Shown here piece after piece: positions 9,901 to 18,111 of a DNA stretch of 64,000 nucleotides. The stretch spans positions 1,559 through 65,558 of the forward strand of contig CAYGZM010000004.1 of assembly GCA_964354365.1 (NCBI GenBank), in the 5' to 3' direction. The notes below the pieces were generated by a model. The model was not told where the DNA came from. It ran no database searches and saw only the letters and a program-made list of their open reading frames with translations. The translations under genes were made by a program, and so were the position numbers. This DNA comes from an uncultured Pirellulales bacterium. Lineage in GTDB: Bacteria > Planctomycetota > Phycisphaerae > Sedimentisphaerales > Anaerobacaceae. Positions within the stretch are counted from its first letter, which is position 1; each line of letters begins with the position of its first letter.

Positions 9901-11958
9901 CTCCAACTGTTTGTTAATATCTTTACACTCAGGCAGTATTTTGCTACCTACATCATGTCGGTCGATACGATAGAAACAGTTCTCATCGAGTCGGCCGCCT
10001 GCTAAAAACTGCATCAGCTTATTAGAAAACAGAATGTCGATATTGGTCGCTAATACAAATTTTCCCCTTGCCCGTCTGATACCCACGTTCTTGGCTATCA
10101 TTTGGAAAAATGGGAGCTTATCTGAATTGCCAATGCTGTTATGAATTTCTGCCGGTACCTCGATGAATCGAACCGTCAAAGGGCCCAGGTCATCCGGCCA
10201 GTCAAGAACCTCATGGAGTCTTTTACTATCTGTCGGCGGATTCCACTCAACGATTATAAGCTCTGCATCAAGGTTGAACCGCTTGCACTGTTCAGCAAGT
10301 CCTTTTGCAAATACCTGCATCCGGTGTAAAATATTTGCATCATAGTCATCATTCCGAGAAGCGACCACAATACTCAGATACTTTTCATCAACTGCATGGC
10401 TTACTGTCTTATCTAAGATTTTTTCTTGGTTGTCTTGTTGTATTCTCGACACTGGGACAGCACTTAAGCGTTTTTGTGTCTTTGGCAGTTTAGTTGAAAG
10501 AGTAGGAAGACTAAGCGGTTTTCTGGATGCGACAAACACAGACCTTGTATTAACTCTACCTTTAACAGGTGCTGGCCAATTCAGTGGAAACTCATGATGG
10601 TCAGGTTGTGTAATTGTTACATATACAAACGGAAAGTACTTCTTAAGTTCGGCCAGAACCCAGTCTCTACCCGGACAACATCCAATCCCTTCGATACTTT
10701 GATTAAGATGATTTCTGTTTTCGCTTGTAGGGTTAATTTCACCGTTATCTACAGTACTAACACATGTTTCAATCAGAAAAAGCTTACGACAGACTGAGGA
10801 TAGCTCTTTAATACATAAGCTTGGATTACTGAGATGATACAAAGTCCCGTAACAGTAGATAATATCAAACTCTCCGAAACGCTTATGACTGCCTGGGACA
10901 CTTAAATCTGCCAATTCGACTTTCCGGTGGGGATATCGACGCACATGCTCCGCAACATTTTCAGGACGTGCGTCGGTTGATAAAACCTTGCAGCTAAGTT
11001 CCTCAAAAAATGCAGTGTGCCACCCCAGACCCGAACCGACCTCCAAAACAGATTGGTGAGCTAATTCCAACCCTAAAGAGCCCAAATGTTCCTGCCTGGC
11101 TTTGTTTATCTCGATTGCGACCTGGTCATCAAACACTTGAAAACCTATTGATTTGGTATTAGATTGATTTTGTGGCCGCTTTCCAGGTAATTCAAATGCA
11201 CAAGACGGAGATGTAATTATGTGGGGTTTCGTCACGCTTACTCTCTTAGACTGATAGAAATACATATCTTCATGACTGACTTTTGCGTAACTATACCCTA
11301 ATGATGTAAGAAATTTTACTATTTCACTTGGAAGGTACCCAAATTGTTTAGCATTGCCTTCATAATATTCACAAAAGATATTCGGACGGCACTGCCTTAT
11401 AAATTCTTCAGCTCCTCTTAAAACAAATAGTTCGCAACCCTCAGTGTCAATCTTGAGCAAATCTACTTTGCCAATCCCATATTCCCCTGCAAAATCATCA
11501 AGCCGTCTAACCTCAACTTCATATTCAACCCATTCTGTAAATCTCAAAGGTTTCCCTATACAAGCCAACCCTGATTTCATTCCCGATTTTGGATACTTCA
11601 ATACTGCCGTGCCGTTCTTATCTGCCAGAGCCAGATGAAGAGCTTTAACTCTATCCTGAAGATTATTCATGATTATGTTTTGCTTTAAGACTTCGAAAGT
11701 AACAGGCGCAGGCTCAAACGCATAGCTTCTCATTGCTGGATTCATCACGGCAAGCATAGAAAATGCACCGGTATTTGCACCTACGTCAAGAATAACCGGC
11801 GATTTGTATTCCAGTGTCCTTTCATAGAAAAACCGCAGCTCATCCATCCCCCACGCGGTAGGTATCCCGTTACGAAGCTTGCCCTCCCAGCAGCCGCCTA
11901 TTTCAGCCGCTCTGGCATCAATCTCTACCTTGAAATCGTCTAACAAATATGCCTTCAA
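6958..11958 (-). CDS. Giant (1666 aa) polyfunctional glycan-modifying protein: FkbM-type MTase + class I SAM MTase + GT2-like + second class I MTase-like + TPR + uncharacterised GT-A-like module + TPR
   Basis: Single 5-kb ORF. Residues about 50-225 are FkbM-like (ILDVGANTGAFSMLAV ... IDTEGCELFVLRGAEEFI). Residues about 290-400 (VLEVGSGLGWHTAFFEELSCKVLSTDARPENV) carry SAM motif I. Residues about 525-790 (LSIVVASRNDDYDANILHRMQVF ... LIIVEWNPP) are GT2-like. Residues about 880-1000 (RIVELGTLSGLSLRAWLAAKSKAEVIAIDLS) are MTase-like. Residues about 1215-1450 (FTIFAMPKGFTGLFATIQRNAIRSW ... VYVNADIIL) are uncharacterised. TPR-like stretches lie near residues 1110-1200 and 1520-1666. Confidence 0.7.
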   Translation of the reverse strand: MKAYLLDDFKVEIDARAAEIGGCWEGKLRNGIPTAWGMDELRFFYERTLEYKSPVILDVGANTGAFSMLAVMNPAMRSYAFEPAPVTFEVLKQNIIMNNLQDRVKALHLALADKNGTAVLKYPKSGMKSGLACIGKPLRFTEWVEYEVEVRRLDDFAGEYGIGKVDLLKIDTEGCELFVLRGAEEFIRQCRPNIFCEYYEGNAKQFGYLPSEIVKFLTSLGYSYAKVSHEDMYFYQSKRVSVTKPHIITSPSCAFELPGKRPQNQSNTKSIGFQVFDDQVAIEINKARQEHLGSLGLELAHQSVLEVGSGLGWHTAFFEELSCKVLSTDARPENVAEHVRRYPHRKVELADLSVPGSHKRFGEFDIIYCYGTLYHLSNPSLCIKELSSVCRKLFLIETCVSTVDNGEINPTSENRNHLNQSIEGIGCCPGRDWVLAELKKYFPFVYVTITQPDHHEFPLNWPAPVKGRVNTRSVFVASRKPLSLPTLSTKLPKTQKRLSAVPVSRIQQDNQEKILDKTVSHAVDEKYLSIVVASRNDDYDANILHRMQVFAKGLAEQCKRFNLDAELIIVEWNPPTDSKRLHEVLDWPDDLGPLTVRFIEVPAEIHNSIGNSDKLPFFQMIAKNVGIRRARGKFVLATNIDILFSNKLMQFLAGGRLDENCFYRIDRHDVGSKILPECKDINKQLEFCRNNIVRVHGLYGTKKISEMESDHFIYDSKDKKLHTNGCGDFTLMSRTNWHLFRAYPELRKWSIYVDGLLLHMAYVSGLHQVILPEPMRIYHIEHDMSWAVSDEAKQKLTTERCPTCRAVALSRLGLDYQKEYLVWCRQMIEAGKPITNNNEHWGYAQTEFKEYVISGRWKGQMTNRNVISQDNDRKPFQEWIDTLALTQNRLYYRDQTPKSLNMLLDLVHRYEPTRIVELGTLSGLSLRAWLAAKSKAEVIAIDLSFKPLFRSQKVLPVELSGVRLLEQDILKTDFRRLWSEEDRLILYVDAHDTPNAPIMAHVLNNAVPALPRSHVIAVDDLWYCSEQVSERSVSEFFKQVVDKEIDYLGCFEGHYAPYWKGGFFIGFPEIVPLMEWVNRNKVDLIFEPGGKVVMFECPAGPANTAGEGFDLEGFNSLTGNLHHNPVDQICIYEEKDVAAGQQAGALCRRAIELFAASRIDQALGCLNRAAGLTSNISGAFYGMGVCLVRLGRFDLAAKMLEAEVSSSFAHPNARILYEDVKNHAAGEQGRISKQARQGQLKGFTIFAMPKGFTGLFATIQRNAIRSWMRLMPSPEIILLGDDDGVADAARRYGCRHIPNVERNEFGTPLLDDIFQKAQAAASNEICVYVNADIILMDNFTEAIGNVARRFSQFLMVGRRWDIDISQEIDFGAEDWQQRLMDRAGREGAYHAPTGIDYFAFKKGLWPEIPPLALGRNVWDNWLVREALLAGRPVIDASSKVTIIHQNHDFSHVPGGKKARSFDIEVRRNLELAGNDTSFAYTSHAAWELTPAGIALRPISEFLKGDNLSAALKCIESSYHQAPEIVAGQCEALGRQMDAGLRAGLLSAAKREVVLGSARNAAKLLLDCLEMENRPAAEELFREGFRCLNEGDALRAVKHLEKAAMNCATLPNVYYALAAAYARSGDMFSARRACRLELSLDPDNRGAAQLLERIDRAANEYRESLVR

Positions 11959-11987
11959 TTATTAACCTTTTAACACTTCCGGTGCTT

Positions 11988-12830
11988 TCAACTCTTTATT
12001 CTTGCCGTTACACATAAGTGCCAACCGCACCTTCGTTCCATCCAGCGAAAGACCTTTTCAGGAAGATAGCGAAAATACCATACCTTTTTGTACCGATACG
12101 CTTTGTAATCCTCGATGCGATAGGGAAAAATATGTTCGACTTTCGTCTCCAAGACCTCAAATCCTTCAAGCAGCTCCTCTATGCTTCTCTTTGTAAACGT
12201 ATAAGTGACCGGGCAGCCGGTTTGAGCTTCGGAATATCGTGCAATCAGCTCATCCAGTCTCCAAAACGCCCCTTTGGCGTATGTCATCAGCATCGCGAAC
12301 ACCTTCCACGAACGCCGATGATAAACCATTATCTTCAAAATGCTCCGCGGCCCCATATATTTGCGGATCTCGGAAATGGCCCTCGCAGGACGCGGAGTAT
12401 GGTGAATTACGCCGAAAGAATAAACCAGGTCGTACTCGCGCACCGGCACAACCTCGGAAAGCTCCTCGGCATTCGCCTTGTAAAAATCAATCTTTAATCC
12501 ATAAACACCCGCCCGCTTTCCGGCGATCTCTAGCGACTTTGCCGAGTAGTCCACCGCCGTGACCTTCGCCCCGGCTCTGGCAAAATTGATGGTATCGGTT
12601 CCTATTCCACACCCCACCTCCAGCACACTCTTATCCTTCCATCGTTCAAACTGTGCAAAGCCCCGAATATGCGGCTCAACGAAATACTTCCTTGCCTCAA
12701 CCTCTTCAAAGTATTCGCGGCTCCCGGCTTCACGCGGAGAATGATGCAGATTGCAGGGCCTGGCGTCCCAGAATGCCTCAACCTTCTCCATAGCAACATG
12801 GGCAAAGTTTTTTACACTGTCGGCAGACAT
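11988..12830 (-). CDS. Class I SAM-dependent methyltransferase
   Basis: VLEVGCGIGTDTINFARAGAKVTAVDYS supplies GxGxG motif I plus an acidic motif II. The size (280 aa) fits. An alternative start at M14 (12791) would remove the 19-nt overlap with the upstream gene. Confidence 0.85.
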   Translation of the reverse strand: MSADSVKNFAHVAMEKVEAFWDARPCNLHHSPREAGSREYFEEVEARKYFVEPHIRGFAQFERWKDKSVLEVGCGIGTDTINFARAGAKVTAVDYSAKSLEIAGKRAGVYGLKIDFYKANAEELSEVVPVREYDLVYSFGVIHHTPRPARAISEIRKYMGPRSILKIMVYHRRSWKVFAMLMTYAKGAFWRLDELIARYSEAQTGCPVTYTFTKRSIEELLEGFEVLETKVEHIFPYRIEDYKAYRYKKVWYFRYLPEKVFRWMERRCGWHLCVTARIKS

Positions 12831-14149
12831 TTGACGTATGCCCCCAGGCCCAAACCTATGTAGTTAAACTTTGTGAATTTCCGCGACACGAGCTCACGCC
12901 AGCTATCCAGCAGAACGCATCCGTCCTTTGCGCTGCTCTCAATTCGCTCCCAATCAAGCTCCTTAAACGCCGGCCATCGCGTTAGAAGCACAATAGCATC
13001 CGCGCCACGAACACACTCATACGGGTCGCTCCAATACTCAACTGCCGGCCCCAACGCCTCTGCCGCATCCTCCAGGGCCGCCGGGTCGTGAACATTTACG
13101 CTGTAGCCGGCATCAATAAGTCTGTTTGCCAGCATTATCGATTGCGATTCTTCTATCACGTGCGTCCCCTGCTTGTACGATAAACCGAGCAGAGCCACGT
13201 TTGCCGCATCCGGCGCGTATGCCTTGATAAGACCATATAGTTTTTCCACAACCATATCATTAACGGCAACGGTCGCCCGGCTTATCTTCGCCTCATAACC
13301 TACATTCATAGTGAAAGTCTGAAACGCAGCATTGTCCCGCGGGAAACACGTGCCGCCAAATCCCATGCCCGCCCGCAGATATTTGCCGCCCACCCGGCTG
13401 TCGAAACCTATCGCCTCGGTAATTGCATCAACGTCGGCGCCCGGTATCCTTTCGCATATATTGGACAGCTCGTTGGCAAAACTTATCTTCGTCGTAACAA
13501 AACAGTTTAGACTCAGCTTGCTGATTTCTCCATTCAGCAACGACATCTTTGCGATACGCGGCCTATTTTCGCACGAGCTCAAATAGAGCTGCTCAACCAT
13601 CTGGGCCGAACGCTCGTCGGATGCGCCGATAAGCACCATATCAGGTCTTGAAAAATCATGAATTACCGACCCTAAAGCTATGAACTCAGGGTTGTAAACG
13701 AGCCCAAAATCCTCCCCGCAAACCTTCCCGCTCAGCTGCTCCAGCAAAGGCTTAAAAACGCCTTCGGATGAACCGGGCATAACGGTCGAGACAACATCCA
13801 CCACGTGAAATTCACCCGTGGACGCAAGCACCGGGCCAATCCGGTGTAATACAGCCTCAACATGCTCGTTCGAGAATCCCCCGTCAGGTCCGCTCGGAGT
13901 GGGAACAATAACCAGCGTAATATCTGAATGCCGCACGCCATCGGCTATCTCGGTTGTCACCGAAAAGTTGCCCCACGCCGTCTCCAGAAGCTCAGCCAGT
14001 CCTGTCTCCCTGATGGGACAGCGCTTTTGCCCAAGCTCACTGACAAGATAATTGCTCTTATCGACCCCAGTGACTCTATGTCCCTTGGAGGCAAAGTACG
14101 CTGCCGTGCATAGACCCAGCTTACCTAAACCAACTACCGACAGCTCCAT
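12812..14149 (-). CDS. Nucleotide-sugar dehydrogenase (UDP-glucose/GDP-mannose dehydrogenase family)
   Basis: N-terminal Rossmann motif VVGLGKLGLCTAAYFASKGHRVTGVD. Catalytic-Cys motif GFGGTCFPRD. C-terminal nucleotide-sugar binding domain. 445 aa. Confidence 0.9.
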   Translation of the reverse strand: MELSVVGLGKLGLCTAAYFASKGHRVTGVDKSNYLVSELGQKRCPIRETGLAELLETAWGNFSVTTEIADGVRHSDITLVIVPTPSGPDGGFSNEHVEAVLHRIGPVLASTGEFHVVDVVSTVMPGSSEGVFKPLLEQLSGKVCGEDFGLVYNPEFIALGSVIHDFSRPDMVLIGASDERSAQMVEQLYLSSCENRPRIAKMSLLNGEISKLSLNCFVTTKISFANELSNICERIPGADVDAITEAIGFDSRVGGKYLRAGMGFGGTCFPRDNAAFQTFTMNVGYEAKISRATVAVNDMVVEKLYGLIKAYAPDAANVALLGLSYKQGTHVIEESQSIMLANRLIDAGYSVNVHDPAALEDAAEALGPAVEYWSDPYECVRGADAIVLLTRWPAFKELDWERIESSAKDGCVLLDSWRELVSRKFTKFNYIGLGLGAYVKCLPTV

Positions 14150-14172
14150 TTTTTACCTCTTTACACACAGCA

Positions 14173-15537
14173 TCAAATGAACTTGTATGTCATACTATCG
14201 CTTAGAATCACCTGCTCGTATATTTCATTGTGCGGCTGATACGTGCACCGCGGACACTCGCTCTGGACGATAATTCTGTCGTGAATGTCCCAATGTTGTC
14301 CGCTGCCCCACAGCTTCTGAATCTCATCGGCGCTTTCGATATTCCTGGCCAATTCGAGCTTCGAATCGCCGCGCCTGTCGCAGCAAAGACCAACCGTGAA
14401 GGAATCCGCCGGCGCATCCTCGCCCACCGGCGGCTCGATAACCGCCGTCATAAATATAGAGTGACACCTGCAGAAGTAGTTTGCACTGGCAAACTGGGAA
14501 TTGAATTTATGAGTCACTCCATATACCCCAAAAGTCTCGTCGTCCAGCTCCAGCGCCCTGGTAATCTGTTCTTCAAACAACAGTATCTCCTCTCGTGAGA
14601 ACGAAATCTCCTTCTCGGTGCCTAACTTATCCCACGTAGTCCCCACGGGCCTGAAATGAATGTTCTTACACCCGATTCGCTTGGCGAGCTTCGCCGCCTC
14701 ATAGACCTCGCCGATATTGTCCCGGTATAGAAGATACTTGAAACTGACGCCGTAAGCCGGATGTTTCCAACCTAACTTGTTATTGTGCATCCTCGCGTAG
14801 TCAACCAGGATGGCCGTATTGCTGGTCACCCTGTCAAACAAGTCGCACTCGCCCGGCAGCCTTTTCAGCTTGTTGTAGGTCTGCCTCGTAGCCGCATCAA
14901 CCGATACGCCCACCCATACCGCCTGGGACAGAGAATCAACGAACCCGTCCATCATCGTCCCGTTCGTGACCACGCCCACATCAACGTTGTTTGCCGCCAC
15001 CCTGTCGATGAACCCGCCGGTCGCCGGATTGAGCAGCGGCTCCCCCCCGCCGGCGATGCAAATCGCCTGCACTCCCGTCTCCCCGAAACCCATCCCCTCA
15101 CCCCAGCGAGGCAGAAAATCGGCAATCTCCCTCAACGCATTTTCCGAAAGTGAGCCTCTGCGCTCTCTGCGCACGAATTCCGCATTGCACCAGACGCAGC
15201 TCAGATTGCAGAGGTTAGTCGGGTCAACGGTTACAAGCACCGGCGGCGGAATCGCCCTGCCCCGCTTGATGCCCTTCCATCTGTCAACGTGCGCAAGCAG
15301 CTTGTAGCTGTTGAACGGATTCCACCTCTTGCTCGGATTCCATTCTCTCCGCGCTTGCTGTGGCACCTGCTGAATTTCGCCCGTGGCCTGGCCGCCCGTA
15401 GAAATCGCATCGGCAGGGCCGGCGGCAAAGCCAATCCCCTCCCCATAACCGTTCCCATCAGCCTTGCTCACTTCAGGCACGTATTTCACCCCCGGCCCCG
15501 CCACTTCCCGAACCGCCCTTTTCCTTACGACGAACAT
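14173..15537 (-). CDS. Radical SAM enzyme, with a low-complexity N-terminal extension of about 75 aa
   Basis: CNLSCVWCN is the CxxxCxxC 4Fe-4S/SAM motif, followed by a GGEPLL-type motif (IAGGGEPLLNP). ATG at 15537 is preceded by GAAGGA. A Cys-rich C-terminus (CRCHS ... CCDRR ... CPRC) may be an auxiliary cluster domain. Confidence 0.8.
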   Translation of the reverse strand: MFVVRKRAVREVAGPGVKYVPEVSKADGNGYGEGIGFAAGPADAISTGGQATGEIQQVPQQARREWNPSKRWNPFNSYKLLAHVDRWKGIKRGRAIPPPVLVTVDPTNLCNLSCVWCNAEFVRRERRGSLSENALREIADFLPRWGEGMGFGETGVQAICIAGGGEPLLNPATGGFIDRVAANNVDVGVVTNGTMMDGFVDSLSQAVWVGVSVDAATRQTYNKLKRLPGECDLFDRVTSNTAILVDYARMHNNKLGWKHPAYGVSFKYLLYRDNIGEVYEAAKLAKRIGCKNIHFRPVGTTWDKLGTEKEISFSREEILLFEEQITRALELDDETFGVYGVTHKFNSQFASANYFCRCHSIFMTAVIEPPVGEDAPADSFTVGLCCDRRGDSKLELARNIESADEIQKLWGSGQHWDIHDRIIVQSECPRCTYQPHNEIYEQVILSDSMTYKFI

Positions 15538-15559
15538 CCGATATTCCTTCTGCCGAAAG

Positions 15560-15886
15560 TCACTTCCTTGCGGCCTGAATAGTGCTGCGATAAACCCCTA
15601 TTGTCTTTCTGCCCCTGCGAATTCGGTCCAGCTCGCTGCTTACCTCGTCTCTCTGGTCGGTGAGAGTCAGTTTCAGATTTCGGTACAACCCAGCTATGTT
15701 TTTTCGCTGCCCTTCAAACTCCGCGGACTTAAGTGTCCCGGTCTGTGCTATTTCTTCAACAATACCGTCCACCTTCTCGCCCAGGGCCTCGACTTCGCTC
15801 AGTTTGCCCTGCCGAGCCAGGTCTATCTGCCCTTCCAGCAACCTTTGCATCTCGTTCAACAGCCACACTTGCCTGTCTGTGCCCAT
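15560..15886 (-). CDS. Small (108 aa) coiled-coil protein, FlgN/chaperone-like; function unknown
   Basis: The internal ATG at 15886 lies 1 nt after the TAG stop (15888-15890) of the upstream TPR gene. The longer ORF start at 15958 would overlap that gene by 70 nt. The helical heptad-rich sequence is MGTDRQVWLLNEMQRLLEGQIDLARQGKLSEVEAL... Confidence 0.5.
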   Translation of the reverse strand: MGTDRQVWLLNEMQRLLEGQIDLARQGKLSEVEALGEKVDGIVEEIAQTGTLKSAEFEGQRKNIAGLYRNLKLTLTDQRDEVSSELDRIRRGRKTIGVYRSTIQAARK

Positions 15887-15887
15887 A

Positions 15888-16517
15888 CTACCCCCCCGCC
15901 TGCTTCCGCCCGGCCAGGCTGTGCTCCACCTCCTCCAATAGATTCGCCGCATCCTCATTGCCCGGATTCAACGCCAGCAGGTCCGCAAGCAGCGCACTGG
16001 CCTGCTCAAGCCGGTTCTCCTTGACGTAAAGCGCCGCCAGGGAAAACATCACCGAGCCGTCGCCGGGGTGCATATCGAGATATACTTCAAGATAGTGGAT
16101 GACCTTGCCGAACGACCCCATCCTGCAGGAAGTCTGAAACAGCCCCAAAAGAGCCGTTAGATTGTCCGTATCCAGCTCCAGGCATCGCAAATAAAAGTCA
16201 AATGCCTGCTGGAAATCTTCTCTCTCTTGCGCAACCATAGCCAGCCCCGCGTAGGCCTTGGAACAGTCGGTATCCAGCCGACAGGCAACCCGAAACGCTA
16301 TCTCCGCATCCTCAAGAAGTCCCTTCTGCAGCGCGACCACGCCGAGCCCAACATAAGGACCGGACTCGTCCGGTCCCAGTGACGCCGCTTTCTCGTAGCA
16401 CTTCTGTGCCTGCTCATAGCTGCCCACCGATGTGTAACAGTCGCCAAGCTCCTGCAGCACTCCATAACGCTGCGTCGTATTCTCATGCTCAGAAATATTG
16501 CCCCGTGTTATTTCCAT
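15888..16517 (-). CDS. Stand-alone TPR repeat protein (209 aa)
   Basis: Repeated 34-residue units with a W/Y-x-A-x-A-Y-P-like pattern (CYTSVGSYEQAQKCYEKAASLGPD; AYAGLAMVAQEREDFQQAFDFYLRCLELDTDN). Overlaps the stop of the upstream GT2 gene by 10 nt. Confidence 0.75.
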   Translation of the reverse strand: MEITRGNISEHENTTQRYGVLQELGDCYTSVGSYEQAQKCYEKAASLGPDESGPYVGLGVVALQKGLLEDAEIAFRVACRLDTDCSKAYAGLAMVAQEREDFQQAFDFYLRCLELDTDNLTALLGLFQTSCRMGSFGKVIHYLEVYLDMHPGDGSVMFSLAALYVKENRLEQASALLADLLALNPGNEDAANLLEEVEHSLAGRKQAGG

Positions 16518-18079
16518 ACCAGCTCTTTTCCTTCAAGCATCCGCTCCGCCTCTTCAAGAAGTGCTATTGACCCGTCAAAATTCTTCCTCGCCCTGTGCAG
16601 TCTCGCCTGCAACAGCAGCGTATCGACGGTAGGCTTTTTCTCGTTGACTTCACGCACCAGCTCAGCCGCCTTTCCAAGCTCGCCGGCCTTGTAGAAAGCC
16701 TCCGCAGCCCTGGATTTCATCCACAGCTCATTTCCATAACGCTCAACGGCGCTCTCAAACACCCGGCCCGCTTCCGCCCAGTTTCCTTCTTCTCCCACCG
16801 ACTTGGCCTGGCAAATCAACTGGTCAAGCTGGAAGGGAATCTCATCCGGCTGCACTCGCCTTACCTCAATACCGGCCGCACGCAGCGACTCTCGAATCGA
16901 CATACCCGGAAATCTCCGCCGGGCGTCCCGCAGGTCCTCTGTCTTCAATACCACCGCCCAAAAATTGTCTGTCGAGTCTTCAAGCTCAAATCCTTCTCGC
17001 TCCCTCGAGCTCTCAATCAGGGCATAAAACGAATCTTCCAGCCAGAACTCTCTTATTGGAAACCCGCTCGGCGTCACCGCCGTATATTCGCCCCCGCATC
17101 TCGCCAGGGCCGCATCGACTTTCTCGGTCTGCGACGCATTGGAATCAACCAACACGGTGACTACGTTGGGCATATCCGCATCTAACCTCTCCGAGTCACG
17201 CGGCGACAGCGGCAGGTAGAGCTCATAAGGATAAAAAGTATGACGCCAGATTGAAGCGAGGGTCTTGCCCGCCTGTTGATTCAGCTGCTCCGCAACGAAG
17301 ATTATCGAAACGTCCTTAATCTTCGGCCAGGGCTTGGCAGGTCTGGTCGTTCGTATCGTTATGACGTTTCGCAGGTACTCCTTTTCGTCCTTGCGACGCC
17401 GGACCGACACCCTGTCCGACTCGCCGATGGGACTGTAATATTCACCCGTGATCTTCTGGACGTGATGGAAGTCTGAAAAGAAGCACAGCTTGCGGGTCAA
17501 ATCCCAGTCTATCAGCACGTTAAGCTGCTCATTGTAAGGCCCGATCTTCTCAAGCAGAACACGGCGGTGCATCAGGCTCACGTGCAGCGTGTGATTGAAA
17601 TAGAGCATAACAAATCGGTCGAAGTCCCTGCTGACCTCGAGCACCTTGCTCAGAATCTCCCGGCTGCCGTCCGGCTGAATCCGGCAATACGTCCGGTACA
17701 AGTCGCCGTACGCGACCCCGCAGTCCGTCTCATTCTCCAGCGCATTGACAAGCGTGCCGACGTGATGGCTGTAGTACAGATCATCGTCGCCAAGATAACA
17801 GATATATTTGCCCCTCGCGCGGGCCAGCGCCTCATTTAGCGTAAAGGGTATCCCACGATTGGCCTTCCTGTCGATGAACACAATCCTCGTATCGTCGAAC
17901 AACTCGACAACGTCGCGCACATCCTCTCCGCCGTCTCTGATTACGAATATCTCGAGATTGCTGTAATCCTGGCGCACGGCACTCTCCAATGCCGCACGCA
18001 AATACAGCGGCCTGTTGTAGGTCGGTATAAGCACGCTGACAAGCGGCCCGTCTTTTACGCCAAAATCATCTACCATCAT
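16508..18079 (-). CDS. GT2 glycosyltransferase with C-terminal TPR domain (523 aa)
   Basis: LVSVLIPTYNRPLYLRAALESAVRQDYSNLEIFVIRDGGED and YICYLGDDDLYY are a classical GT2 N-terminal signature with a DxD motif. The C-terminal 90 aa (AEAGRVFESAVERYGNELWMKSRAAEAFYKAGELGKAAELV) are TPR-like. Confidence 0.85.
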   Translation of the reverse strand: MMVDDFGVKDGPLVSVLIPTYNRPLYLRAALESAVRQDYSNLEIFVIRDGGEDVRDVVELFDDTRIVFIDRKANRGIPFTLNEALARARGKYICYLGDDDLYYSHHVGTLVNALENETDCGVAYGDLYRTYCRIQPDGSREILSKVLEVSRDFDRFVMLYFNHTLHVSLMHRRVLLEKIGPYNEQLNVLIDWDLTRKLCFFSDFHHVQKITGEYYSPIGESDRVSVRRRKDEKEYLRNVITIRTTRPAKPWPKIKDVSIIFVAEQLNQQAGKTLASIWRHTFYPYELYLPLSPRDSERLDADMPNVVTVLVDSNASQTEKVDAALARCGGEYTAVTPSGFPIREFWLEDSFYALIESSREREGFELEDSTDNFWAVVLKTEDLRDARRRFPGMSIRESLRAAGIEVRRVQPDEIPFQLDQLICQAKSVGEEGNWAEAGRVFESAVERYGNELWMKSRAAEAFYKAGELGKAAELVREVNEKKPTVDTLLLQARLHRARKNFDGSIALLEEAERMLEGKELVWK

Positions 18080-18111
18080 AAGTCTATCAAAAGATCATAA
18101 ACAGCCGCACG

